A stretch of DNA of 60,637 nt from NCBI GenBank assembly GCA_032718475.1, contig JAUCBJ010001181.1:1-60637 (forward strand), written 5' to 3'. The notes under the pieces were generated by a model, which saw only the letters and a program-made list of their open reading frames with translations, was not told where the DNA came from and ran no database searches. Of this stretch, positions 1-12,266 are shown piece by piece (the first letter of the stretch is position 1; the number at the start of each line of letters is the position of its first letter). The translations under genes were made by a program, and so were the position numbers. Source of the DNA: Nemertoderma westbladi. Its lineage: Eukaryota; Animalia; Xenacoelomorpha.

Positions 1-2008
1 TTTATAGAGTGTTATACCAACTTACACTCAGCTGTTTTGAACTAAAATGTCGTTCCGTTTATAGAGTGTTATACCAACTTACACTCAGCTGTTTAGAACT
101 AAAATGTCGTTCCGTTTATAGAGTGTTATACCAACTTACACTCAGCTGTTTAGAACTAAAATGTCGTTCCGTTTATAGAGTGTTATACCAACTTACACTC
201 AGCTGTTTAGAACTAAAATGTCGTTCCGTTTATAGAGTGTTATACCAACTTACACTCAGCTGTTTAGAACTAAAATGTCGTTCCGTTTATAGAGTGTTAT
301 ACCAACTTACACTCAGCTGTTTAGAACTAAAATGTCGTTCCGTTTATAGAGTGTTATACCAACTTACACTCAGCTGTTTAGAACTAAAATGTCGTTCCGT
401 TTATAGAGTGTTATACCAACTTACACTCAGCTGTTTAGAACTAAAATGTCGTTCCGTTTATAGAGTGTTATACCAACTTACACTCAGCTGTTTAGAACTA
501 AAATGTCGTTCCGTTTATAGAGTGTTATACCAACTTACACTCAGCTGTTTAGAACTAAAATGTCGTTCCGTTTATAGAGTGTTATACCAACTTACACTCA
601 GCTGTTTAGAACTAAAATGTCGTTCCGTTTATAGAGTGTTATACCAACTTACACTCAGCTGTTTAGAACTAAAATGTCGTTCCGTTTATAGAGTGTTATA
701 CCAACTTACACTCAGCTGTTTAGAACTAAAATGTCGTTCCGTTTATAGAGTGTTATACCAACTTACACTCAGCTGTTTAGAACTAAAATGTCGTTCCGTT
801 TATAGAGTGTTATACCAACTTACACTCAGCTGTTTAGAACTAAAATGTCGTTCCGTTTATAGAGTGTTATACCAACTTACACTCAGCTGTTTAGAACTAA
901 AATGTCGTTCCGTTTATAGAGTGTTATACCAACTTACACTCAGCTGTTTAGAACTAAAATGTCGTTCCGTTTATAGAGTGTTATACCAACTTACACTCAG
1001 CTGTTTAGAACTAAAATGTCGTTCCGTTTATAGAGTGTTATACCAACTTACACTCAGCTGTTTAGAACTAAAATGTCGTTCCGTTTATAGAGTGTTATAC
1101 CAACTTACACTCAGCTGTTTAGAACTAAAATGTCGTTCCGTTTATAGAGTGTTATACCAACTTACACTCAGCTGTTTAGAACTAAAATGTCGTTCCGTTT
1201 ATAGAGTGTTATACCAACTTACACTCAGCTGTTTAGAACTAAAATGTCGTTCCGTTTATAGAGTGTTATACCAACTTACACTCAGCTGTTTAGAACTAAA
1301 ATGTCGTTCCGTTTATAGAGTGTTATACCAACTTACACTCAGCTGTTTAGAACTAAAATGTCGTTCCGTTTATAGAGTGTTATACCAACTTACACTCAGC
1401 TGTTTAGAACTAAAATGTCGTTCCGTTTATAGAGTGTTATACCAACTTACACTCAGCTGTTTAGAACTAAAATGTCGTTCCGTTTATAGAGTGTTATACC
1501 AACTTACACTCAGCTGTTTAGAACTAAAATGTCGTTCCGTTTATAGAGTGTTATACCAACTTACACTCAGCTGTTTAGAACTAAAATGTCGTTCCGTTTA
1601 TAGAGTGTTATACCAACTTACACTCAGCTGTTTAGAACTAAAATGTCGTTCCGTTTATAGAGTGTTATACCAACTTACACTCAGCTGTTTAGAACTAAAA
1701 TGTCGTTCCGTTTATAGAGTGTTATACCAACTTACACTCAGCTGTTTAGAACTAAAATGTCGTTCCGTTTATAGAGTGTTATACCAACTTACACTCAGCT
1801 GTTTAGAACTAAAATGTCGTTCCGTTTATAGAGTGTTATACCAACTTACACTCAGCTGTTTAGAACTAAAATGTCGTTCCGTTTATAGAGTGTTATACCA
1901 ACTTACACTCAGCTGTTTAGAACTAAAATGTCGTTCCGTTTATAGAGTGTTATACCAACTTACACTCAGCTGTTTAGAACTAAAATGTCGTTCCGTTTAT
2001 AGAGTGTT
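1..2008. repeat. 57-bp tandem satellite, ~35 nearly identical copies (runs off window start)
   Basis: Unit TTTATAGAGTGTTATACCAACTTACACTCAGCTGTTTAGAACTAAAATGTCGTTCCG repeats with period 57. Only the first copy shows a substitution. A degenerate related sequence follows at 2009-2046. Confidence 0.97.
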
Positions 2009-3046
2009 CCATTGGAACCAACTTGACAGCTTTGCGTTTAGAACTACTGACAACTCCATTGGATTTAATTAATAACGTATCTGGTTTAAAACTAAAGTAG
2101 TTTACAGTAGAACTAACGACTCCCAATCTCACCTACTGTATAGTCCCACAGTTAATAAAGCATGTTAAGGGTTGGATGATTTATTTACTATATAATATAA
2201 AAAATAAAGATGTTTTACAAACGTGAGTATTGCAGGAAATGGATTCGGCTGACGATAAAGCTTCCTGCTGGTGGTGCTTACAAAACTTAATGGTGGGAAT
2301 TGAACTACTACTGTAGGCCTACAATATAATACTTAAATTCATCCCTTCTGTTTCTACTATTGTCTAAAGGATATGAGTTCTATCTCATACAATATATTTG
2401 GCCCGTAGTCGACCGCCTTGGGTAACGTTTTAATGCACAAACGTCGTCGGTGGTTAGTTATCTAATTTCTCATAACCCAAACACAGTATGAAGTCCAAAT
2501 CCTAATGAGTTTGTAGAGCTTCAGGCCCTACCAATGAGCAGTAGGTGTCTTTATTGTCCTTCAAAGAGAGTTATTCTCTTCAGTCTTAAGCCATATAATT
2601 ACAATCATATTAACATGTCATTGTGGAACTTGAGACCACGTAGTTTTTTTAAACAATATTTTTCATTTAGTTTCTCGATTTTATTATTAATGTCATATTA
2701 GTGCGTAATTGTGTAGGCTACGCCTCATAGTGAATGATCCGATGTTTTTACAATAAATACTAATCTATTTTTGCTCTCTTTCGCAGAATTGGTGATTTCC
2801 TAATTAAGAGGGGGCGTGCTGACCTTCAAATTAATCTTCCTCATATGATTCTAACGGCCCCGCGTACAATTGGTATATTCATGGTATCGTCTCTCATTAA
2901 AACATCTATGAAATAGGATTGGATTAGAAATAACTCAATAAATAAGTGCTGCGTGCTTGAAAAGAGAGATTCGTTATTGAAAGGCGATCGATGTTCCGAA
3001 ATAAAATTATTATTTGCTCGGGTAATCATAGATTGCCCTTCATCCC

Positions 3047-4537
3047 CAATAGAGTTGGTGACTCAAAAAAAAATTTATATGAACACGTTCATAAAATGTA
3101 AAAAGGTGTCCTGATCACGAATCTGAAAACTGTTTTTAATTTCATCGAGTATCGGCTGAGATTGAGGGGTTTATACACCAGCGCGGGAAAATCTTCGTTT
3201 AAACGCTCTGATTTTCTTTTCTACTTTCTGTTCCACTTTGTCGCTCGGCAACGCTAACAGCATTCACTAGCTAACAGCATACAGTTTACTATTGTTTGAT
3301 GTAGGCTAATTTTAGTTGTAAAGATTAAGATATTTATATTATTAGTTTGACACAACAATGTAATGTTCATTGTTTAAGATTATTTGTATTCGTTTATAGC
3401 GGCACTGTAGGGGTTGTCCTACCAAGTATTATAGGCCTCTATAACGCCTACTGAATTTACGAATGTTATTAGGACTACATACAAGTTTTGGACTTTTTTC
3501 TTTCTGTAAAAACTAATAAACCATCTCCATCTCTTTTTTTAAACCTGAAATTTCTCATCGGATTTCAACGTATTTATGATAATGATATCACAGTGTATTA
3601 CGATTCTGTTCTAGAACACAATGGATAGCTATACAAATACAGTGTGTTTGCTTATTTATATAGCAACATATTAGCTATATTAACATAGTAATAATAATAT
3701 ACGGGTAAAAAAAATATTAACCGGGTAGCATAAAATAAATATATACATAAATAAAACCATGTTTGTCCATTGTGTTTGTTTCACCATGTTTGTGTTGCTG
3801 TCAGTGTGCGAAACTGCATAACACAGTTGATTGATAAAGTTGATAGATTAAGTTGGACAGTATATTTTATATAAATTTCCTATTTATTTTTACTATGTTT
3901 AAATATTATTAAATATATCTGCATTCATTGGTTGTGTGTGGGTTTAATACAGCTAATATGTTGCTATAAACAAACAAACATAGGTATAGCTATCCATCAC
4001 CATCGTGTTCTAGAACAGAATCGTAATACACTGTGATATCATTATCATAAATACGTTAAAACCGATGAGAAATTTCAGGTTTAAAAAAACTGTGGAGATG
4101 GTTTATTAGTTTTTTCAGAAAGAATAAAGTCCAAAACTTGTATGTAGCCCTAATAACATTCGTGAATATACTGTAGGCCGACCAGGTAAGACAACCCCTA
4201 CAGTGCCGCTACAAACGAATAAAAATAATCTTAAACAATGAACATTACATTGTTGTGTCAAACTAATAATATAAATATCTTAATCTTTACAACTAAAATT
4301 CGCCTACATCAAACAATAGTAAACTGTATGTTGTTAGCTAGTGAATGTTATTAGTGTTGCCTAGCGACAAAGTGGAACAGAAAGTAGAAAAGAAAATCAG
4401 AGCGTTTAAACGAAGATTTTCCCGCGATGGTGTATAAACCCCTCAATCTCAGCCGATACTCGATGAAATTAAAAACAGTTTCCAGATTCGTGATCAGCAT
4501 TCGATAGAAATTTTTTTTTGAGTCACCAACCCTATTG
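3047..4537. mobile_element. Foldback/MITE-type non-autonomous DNA transposon with ~650-bp inverted arms
   Basis: CAATAGAGTTGGTGACTCAAAAAAA at 3047 is the reverse complement of TTTTTTTGAGTCACCAACCCTATTG ending 4537. Inverted similarity continues inward (~3110-3680 vs ~3945-4497). No perfect TSD seen. Confidence 0.85.
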
Positions 4538-4563
4538 CCATTCCTGTCCTGAACACTGACCTA

Positions 4564-5100
4564 ACCATGTCCTGGAATTAGTGTCGTTATTCAGGTACCG
4601 GGAACAATCCCCCCCCCCCCCCCCCCCCCACCCCAGATTTTTCTACAAATCGTAATGAGATAGCATGAAATTTGACACAGAGATAGTTTCACCTCCTTCC
4701 TCCTTGCTGGGTGAGCCAGAATTTATATTTTTGCTTTCAATCTTTAGCTACACGCGTTTGAAAAAGGTGTCTCCGGTGATATTTCACCAGTTATACTGCA
4801 GTTATTCTTGAACCTTATCTATCGTGATTTGTTAGCACCAATAGGAAGCTGACCATGCAAGGGTTCCAGAAATGTAAAAACATTTGAATTTGGTTGAGAA
4901 ATAGCCGAGATATGGGCATTCGAAAATCGCATGTATTTGATTCCCCTGCACGCCATTTATTCTATTTAATTAATAAATACATCATAATCTGGAACATTTT
5001 GTTTATCCCATAAGTAGCTGGGCAACAATGCAATGCTTCTTTAAACATACTATTATATAGCTATTCATAAATAAACAAAATGTTCTAGAACATAGTGTTT
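4564..5100. mobile_element. Partial Tc1/mariner-type MITE (same family as 38936-39590)
   Basis: Shares GATAGTTTCACCTCC...GCCAGAATTT...GCTTTCAATCTTTAGCTAC with both arms at 38936-39590, and the terminus ACCATGTCCTG. Confidence 0.7.
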
Positions 5101-5131
5101 TTATTTAAGTTGCCACAGACCCCCGCTGGGA

Positions 5132-5328
5132 ATGGAGTGAATAAGCATGGTGGACAGCCCATGACTTTCTTGAGACGCATCTTAAAGGACACTGGCCTTC
5201 AAGATGCGGATGATCTAGCAAATGTCATGTGTGATAGGGAGTTGTGGCGGCGCAAATTTGTCGACAAGCCGGCACAGCATTCTTAAAAATGCAGCTGCAA
5301 TGCAGCATGCCGATCATAGTAGTAGTAG
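5132..5328 (+). mobile_element. RTE-like LINE 3' end fragment
   Basis: Encodes GVNKHGGQPMTFLRRILKDTG...DRELWR, typical of an RTE ORF C-terminus, followed by a (TAG)n tail. Near-identical inverted copy at 60250-60456. Confidence 0.75.
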
Positions 5329-6430
5329 CCTACTTTGCAAAGCTGTGGCCAAAAAAAGTTATACTAAAATAGTGGTTGAAAGACTTTCTGCCACTATTTT
5401 AGTGGTTTGAAGTAATAATAGTGCGCGAAAGCACTAATTTCTTGAACTGTTTTCTATAAAATTTAATGAAAAAAGTGGATTTTTCAGATAATAATGTACT
5501 GTACTGTACTGTGTAATGTACTGTAATTAACTTAATCAATGAGCTTTATTCCCCCCCCCCCAGGCCCATACCGTGCGGGGGGGCTTTGGGGGCACTGCCC
5601 CCCCAGACAAGACCCACTGCCCCCCCAGTCATGTCTTGTTCTCTCGTCTTGTTTTCACAATTAATTAATAATAATATTGTTGGTAATCAATATTATTGGA
5701 TTCACATACTAATTCTACCCACTGACCTGACCTGACTCCGCCACCATTCCATTTGGTCCAATTATAATGGCACTGGCACTGCCAGAGCCTGTGCCGAAAT
5801 ACATTGTATGGTGTACCGTTATGTATTTGTTCTATGTTGGCTACTCACTTACTTTGTTCTATGTGGCTGGAAAGCTTGTTGGCAGACTGCATCTCTTTAT
5901 AGATTTTGATAGCAATTCAAGATTGCAGTTCATATAATTACTAAACATACACAAAAGCTCTAGGTTCTCTCATTGGCTACCAGGGCAGGGGTTGTTCGCT
6001 GTTGACCTACAGTATTGTCTGCAGTATGGGAGCCAGCTTGCAACTAATAGTAATAGGCTAGGCGCTGATGGTTGCTTGCGCTGGTATACATATCTAAAAT
6101 TTTATTTTTTGTAATTTTAACCGTAACTTTTGGTCATATTTAAGCTTACAAATTTTAAACTCGACAGGTTTAAATAAATCCGATAAAGTTATTGGCATGT
6201 CAAAATCGTAACGACAACAACTATTTGCTATTATTGGCCCACTCCCTTAACAGTGCCAGTTCGACAAGGGTCCTCCAACTTCGTGGCTCGTCCCACACAC
6301 TCTTCAACAATATTGATTTTTCTTTACGTACGAGATTAACTCTCACTTTGCTGTTTGCCCCCCAAACCCAGTTATGGGTTTGCCCCCCCCAGATTTGGCC
6401 TCTGCCCCCCCCCCCCCCCCCCCCCAGATA

Positions 6431-6752
6431 TAATGGTCACCATTCGGGCATATTTGTTTTGTGCGAAAATATATTTGTTTTGTGGGAAAATGTATTTGTT
6501 TTGGGGGAAAATGAATTTATTTTGGGCGAAAATGTATTTGTTTTGTGAAAATTTGTATTCATTTTGGGGATTTGTCATTTAGTTTGGTGCTAATAATTGG
6601 TTTTGGGGAGAATTTATTTATTTTGAGTATTGAATAATTTGTTTTGGTGTTGAATAATTGTTTTTGGGGTTACTTTATTTTATTTGGTGTTGAATAATTT
6701 TTTTTTTGTGAAATTTTCATCAATTTTGGGCTGACTTTAATTGGTAGCCATA
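6431..6752. repeat. Degenerate ~21-bp tandem array with short imperfect inverted termini (probable non-autonomous DNA transposon)
   Basis: Repeated TATTTGTTTTG(T/G)G(G/C)GAAAAT units, bounded by ATGGTCACCA ... TGGTAGCCAT. Confidence 0.5.
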
Positions 6753-7046
6753 TATTAATATATTAATACTGTACATATTACTGTATTACTATTCGATATT
6801 GGCTCTGACGCGTCCGCGTTGGTTGGGGTTCCTCCTTCCTGCCTTCCCATTAAGTCCTAACGGTCTTCTAATCATTCTAATATTCTAGAGCATTACCGGA
6901 CAATGTGATACACGAAACACACAATTGAATGATTGACATCCTGCAATTTAACGATTAAAATAGATAGATAGATTTATTTATACATTATGTAAAAACAATA
7001 ACAAATACACCAAACAATGTACCGGTATAAAGGTATTGTCCAACAT

Positions 7047-7693
7047 TGTAAGCGGATTCAATTCCACTTCATTACCCACCAGAAAATGGGATAGTGGCAT
7101 TTTAGCAATATGTTGGAGATACGAGATTACCAATATTAATCTCGTATCATAACCAACATTGGGGGGGGGGGGGGGGGGGGGCAACACAAGCCCCGAAGCC
7201 ACATAGAAAGGAAGGTTAGAGGTCAAACCACCTCGGAGGGAACACAGCTAGTAGAGGCTAGCAGCAGAGGGGAAACACTCCCAGAGAGTGCCAAGGTGAC
7301 AAGTAGCATATTAGCCAATAGAGGGGAGGGAAGCACGTGATAGGGAGCAGGAAAGCATCCATTGGGTAGGAGGCCAAGGTAGAGTAGGAGGTGAAGCAAT
7401 ATTTAGTGTATCAATCATATATTATGTCAGATTCTTGGATTGGTACATCAGTTGGTTATTCAGTTTAGTGCAGACCGGTAACAATTATTGACCGTCATCG
7501 GCACTATCATACCGGTATCTATTATATCTGTATTTCTGCCGTATTAATTGTGCTATCATTTTCTAACATCAAGAGACAACACCAAACTCTTATTGTTTTC
7601 TCCAACGGCCTCGGCCAAGCTGTTAGCACCATCCCAAAACAGAATGGTGACGAGTACTACAATTACCCGGTCGGGATCTCTGATCCCGTCACA
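7047..7693 (+). repeat. 5' LTR (647 bp)
   Basis: TGTAAGCGGATTC...GATCCCGTCACA, matching 14118-14752 except for G-run length (21 vs 9) and 4 substitutions seen by eye. Confidence 0.95.
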
Positions 7694-10100
7694 GTCGACG
7701 CACGACAGCGGTCGGAGTACCGAAGTCGCCGGCCAGCCACAGGCCGAGGGCGACGGACGGCCCACCGGAACGGCGACGGTGGGGCCGCCGGTACGACGCC
7801 GAACGAGGAGAGGAGGAGGAGTCGGCGAAGAGGACGTCGGGACGAGTGATCGGCTACGACGGGCCTACAACGCCGCCAAGAAGTTACTGAAGGAGGCCAG
7901 AGAGGGAGGAAAGGTAGACCAGCCTAAGTTACGACAAAGGCTAGGTGAGTCGAACAAACATTTCCGGTATTTAGTCCGTTTTGGACAGGGAGAACTGGCG
8001 AGTGAGAGAGCGAGGGGGGTCGCCACCGAACTGTTTGAACTGTGGCGATCCGGGGTTATGGAGCCTGAAGTAGTGTACGTAGGGCCTTACTTAGTGGATG
8101 CTAGGGGAATTAAGTTAGTGGGTTGGGCGGATCCGCACGAGGGCGAACCCGAGGTTAACCCCGAGGATTCGGTCTCGTCGGTTAGCGAGAACCCCAGAAA
8201 GCGGGGGAAAGTTAGTAGGACAGAGAGGCGACGGGAGTCCGTCGCGACCGATAAGTCCGCTACATCCTCCGCAAAAGCAAGAAGGGTGTTAGAGATAGAT
8301 CTGGCGTGTCAACTAGACATGGTGGCGCTGGATCAGAAGGAGTTAGAGAGGCAGCTGGACGAGGGAACCGCGTTAATAGAGAAAGAGAGAGAGGGAATGT
8401 AGAGCGAGAGCGAGGTGTGCGAAAGAGAGGGCCGAGGAGAGAGTGAGCGAAGAGCGCGAGGAACGTGAGTAAAGAGAGCGAGGTAAGAGCGTGAGGCGAG
8501 AGAGCAGAATTAGCGAACCAAAGTTTGCGAGAGGATAGAGAGAGAGAGAGGCGGGAAAGCGCATGCGGGATGATATGCATGCCCGGTTAAGGGGGCTTAT
8601 GCAATATCAGGCTAAGCAAAAGCGCCGATTAGAACTGGCGCAGTTGGGATTATCTGAGAGTGAGGCTGGCTCGGGTAGTATTTACGAGGAGCCAGAAGTA
8701 ATGGAAACGTTTGTTAATACCCCACTTACAGGCACCGGACGACAGACCCAGGACTGGTGTAACCGTACGGGCGGGGGGGGGGGGGGGGGGGGGTAATAAT
8801 AATACGTTAGAAGGCATTAATATTAATAGTACCGTAGTAGACAACCCTAATCAAACTTTCATTGCAGGAAATAATCTTTTACCCGGTAACAATAATCAAT
8901 TTAAATATACAAAATAATAATTAATTTAAATATGCAAAATAACAACCCTAATTTAAACGTCAAAATAATCTAAATAATAATTTTAATTAAATGAACAAAA
9001 TAATCCGATTCTAATTTAAATATACAAAATAATTCTAAATAATAATCCGAATTCCGAACAAAATAATTTAAATAATTAATAATTTAGAATAATATTGTTG
9101 TAACGGTGCTATTAATACGAATGTAGGAGACATAGGTGGTCCGGCCAGCGAGAGCCTGCAAGGCCACGTAGTTAGTACGCAGGGAGAGACGGGGGTGAGT
9201 CACCCCGACGGGAGCCTGCAAGGCCACGTAGTTACGCAGGGAGCAGCGGGGGTGAGTCAACCCGACGGGAGCCTGCAAGGCCACGCAATAGTTAGGCAGG
9301 GAGTAGTGCGGGCGTGAGATCTCAACCCGACGGGAGCTCATGCGCGGGCCACGCAGCTGCACTGGGAGAGTGCGGGGGTGAGTAGAGCCTAGCCGCAGTA
9401 GTTGCTACAGTGCATCGACCAGAGAGCGAGGACGTAGACAGCGAACCGTCGGGGGTAGTGAAGTAATGGAGTTGGCGAGTCAGTGGGGTCGAACTCCGGG
9501 AGATTGCCGGCGCCCCGGAGCGCCCCAGCCATGGCGAGATATACCAGATGCCAGGAGTGGGGTACAGGATGTACCGAGACGAGGACGAGAGCAAGAGAGG
9601 GGATCGAAGAGAAACTTCCCGACGGGATATAGCTGCCGATCGAGAGTACGGTAGTCGCGGGGAGGACTTCTTGGAATATTCGAGAAGATTAAACTTCGGT
9701 CCGGAAGGACACAGGCAGACTGCAGGACATACTGTAGGCCTTACTGCACATACTATAGGCCATGCTGGGAGAGATAGTGTAGGCGATAGGGTAGCGCGAA
9801 CAACGGGATTAGATCCGGAAGTCGCGGCATACATACCGGTAGGTAGGCAAGAAGTGGATAGGCCTATACCGGTACCAGCACACCAGTATGACTATAATAT
9901 GCAGGGACATAACATATATCCAGGGGAGGGGGGAGTTATTGCAGATAGGTGTATGGGCCCCAATATATTAACATCAACCCCAGTACCAAACATAACACCG
10001 GTGGGGGGGGGGGGGGGCAGGGTGACATTCCCCCATTACAATATCAGCAATACACTCAACCGAGAATAAGAACATCGAACCCCCTGGACCAGAACAGATC
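7644..10100 (+). pseudogene. Frameshifted N-terminal part of Gag (coiled-coil, Asn/Gln-rich and GSLQGH-repeat segments)
   Basis: ATG at 7644 (MVTSTTITRSG). Successive ORF pieces 7644-8402, 8563-8796, 8711-8917 and 9548-10069. E/R-rich coiled coil at ~8330-8640. Repeats at 9150-9320 differ by multiples of 3 nt. Confidence 0.6.
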
Positions 10101-12266
10101 ATGCGACACGGAGATATGGAGGGGGCCGTTACCCCCAATGATATATCCGACACAGAAAAGTCAACAGGCCCGACGGGCGGACCGCACCCAACAGGAGAGT
10201 CTGTACAGCATCCCTCGAACCCATTGGAAGCACAGGCGATGGGAATGGCAACACTTATCGATGCGCTCAAGACCAGGATCGAGCTACCACCAGTTGAGCC
10301 ATTTAAATTCGACGGAAGCAGACCGGAAGAATACCTGCAATTCCGACGCATGTACAGCAACGAAATATTAACTAAGAACCTGACGCAGGCGGAGTGCCTA
10401 AAATATTTACAGGTATACACAGGAGGCCCAGCGTACGACATCGTGAGGCAGTATCAGGGCATCGAGGGTGGCTTCACGACTGCATGGCGGGCCCTAGACA
10501 GGGAATACGGACACCCAGCCAAGATCATCCGGCAGACCCTGAGGGGAATAACATCGGGTGGCCTACAGGATAACCCTGTTAGTATAAAGACCTTCGCGAA
10601 TAAGGTCGAGAAGGCGTTAATCGTGCTGAAGACGCTAGACGCGCCATACGAACTCAACGCATCTAATAACATCACCACGATAGCGCAGGCACTGCCGATC
10701 TGGCTACGGAACAAATGGAGGAAGATCGCCTTCTCCACCCGGGAGAAGAAAGGTGCGGAACCGGGCCTAGAGGAAATGTCGAACTTCCTCAATTACGAAG
10801 CAGAGTTGATTACAGACCCAGTCTACAGTGAGGATAGTTTGGGGAAGGCGCCGAAGACCGAATACAACAGGCCTAAACCCGAACATAATCCGGCAGATCC
10901 ATTCCCGAGAGTGAGACAGTCGCTACCACACGCGGCCACACAGGGGACTACAAGTCCACAGTTAGCTGGGAGTAGGGCCACACCGTGGCAGGGACAGAAA
11001 CAAAATAACAACACGAACAAATATAATCCCAACACACCCAGTAGGCCGAGTCCAAATAACCAAAACACTAAACCGGTAGATATGAATCTATGCGCGATAC
11101 GTGAAGGGCTATACAGGGAGCGCTACAATCCAGGATACGAATGTCAATTGCATAGGGATGGAACCCATAAGACCATGAGTTGTAAGCATTGGCAAGCGTT
11201 GCCTAAACAAGATCGTGTAGCCTACGCGGATACAAACGGACTATGTCATCGATGCGTGGTAGAAGGACACAGATTCGGAGAGTGTAGAGAAACACCGACA
11301 GGAGACGATGAGACTGGAGGCCAAACAATGGCTACGAGCACGACGGGAGCAAGAAGAAAGAGGAAAGTACTACTCGGGGTAGTACCAGTGAGGATATCAG
11401 GAAAGGGCGGCCGATCAGTCACAACATTGATGCTGGTCGACAGCGGAGCAGCCTTCACGCTGGTGGAGAATTGGGTGGCCGAGGAGATAGGGTTACAGAC
11501 GAGGCCGAGTAGGATGGCGGTAACTACTATCTCGAGTAAGGATGAGGTCCTGGAGATGAGGACGGGACGGTGCGAGATATCAGCAATAGCACCGGGATGT
11601 GACTATGGGGCGACCATCGACCCCATTCAGATAATAGAATCGATCAATATAAATGCCAGGAGACCAACTAAGATCGAGGTCGAGCAATACCGGTTCCTGG
11701 ACGATATCGATTTCTCAATACCGAAAGTGGACGTCTCGAAGGTATCCATCATAGTCGGAATGGATTGTCCGACGGCCCACGAGAGAGTAAGGACCATATT
11801 CGGAGAGAATAAGCAGCGGGATCCGACGGCGATTCTCACGCCGTTCGGATGGACGCTTAGCGGCCCAATTAAAACCAAGATTCCATCCAGGGTGTCGGAG
11901 ACATCAGGGTGCATGCTATCAGGCACTGTTGAGGACGTAGAGGAGAAACCAGAGACGGGCGATGGGGAGGTCCCATGTGAGAAGCGGCCCGGGGAAGGAT
12001 ACCAGGAGTTGGGTATGGATCTGGAACCACGCATAGTGGAGCGTGGTGAAAGGATAGAGGATAGTTCCAGAGAAATACCGTCGGTAGATGAATTAGGAGG
12101 GGAAGTAACAGCAAGAGAGTGGGCGGAGGAGAATGGATTCGACGCGGAAGACTTAGAGACGATGGGATGGAACAAGGATGTTCCCGGCAACTATCGGTAT
12201 GAGGATGGAGAAGAGTGGACGGCGAGATGTCCGGAGAAGTGTCCGGAGGAGACGCCGGTCCGTTGA
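10101..12266 (+). CDS. BEL/Pao Gag (DUF1759-like capsid, Zn knuckles) plus aspartic protease; no RT/IN
   Basis: LPPVEPFKFDGS...YLQF...AWRALDREYG (BEL gag core), Cys/His knuckles (CQLH..H..C, CHRC...H...C), protease motif LVDSGA, and BEL-typical TPFGWTLSGP. Confidence 0.88.
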   Translation: MRHGDMEGAVTPNDISDTEKSTGPTGGPHPTGESVQHPSNPLEAQAMGMATLIDALKTRIELPPVEPFKFDGSRPEEYLQFRRMYSNEILTKNLTQAECLKYLQVYTGGPAYDIVRQYQGIEGGFTTAWRALDREYGHPAKIIRQTLRGITSGGLQDNPVSIKTFANKVEKALIVLKTLDAPYELNASNNITTIAQALPIWLRNKWRKIAFSTREKKGAEPGLEEMSNFLNYEAELITDPVYSEDSLGKAPKTEYNRPKPEHNPADPFPRVRQSLPHAATQGTTSPQLAGSRATPWQGQKQNNNTNKYNPNTPSRPSPNNQNTKPVDMNLCAIREGLYRERYNPGYECQLHRDGTHKTMSCKHWQALPKQDRVAYADTNGLCHRCVVEGHRFGECRETPTGDDETGGQTMATSTTGARRKRKVLLGVVPVRISGKGGRSVTTLMLVDSGAAFTLVENWVAEEIGLQTRPSRMAVTTISSKDEVLEMRTGRCEISAIAPGCDYGATIDPIQIIESININARRPTKIEVEQYRFLDDIDFSIPKVDVSKVSIIVGMDCPTAHERVRTIFGENKQRDPTAILTPFGWTLSGPIKTKIPSRVSETSGCMLSGTVEDVEEKPETGDGEVPCEKRPGEGYQELGMDLEPRIVERGERIEDSSREIPSVDELGGEVTAREWAEENGFDAEDLETMGWNKDVPGNYRYEDGEEWTARCPEKCPEETPVR

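Noticed and set aside
9-2072. 687-aa ORF, or a CRISPR array
   Set aside because: It is a translation of a 57-bp satellite whose length is a multiple of 3, with no unique domain. The units have no variable spacers and the context is eukaryotic.
5560-6430. hAT-like element with CAGGCCC/G-C-rich ends
   Set aside because: The GC-rich motifs at both sides are in direct orientation, and no TIR pair or TSD could be established.
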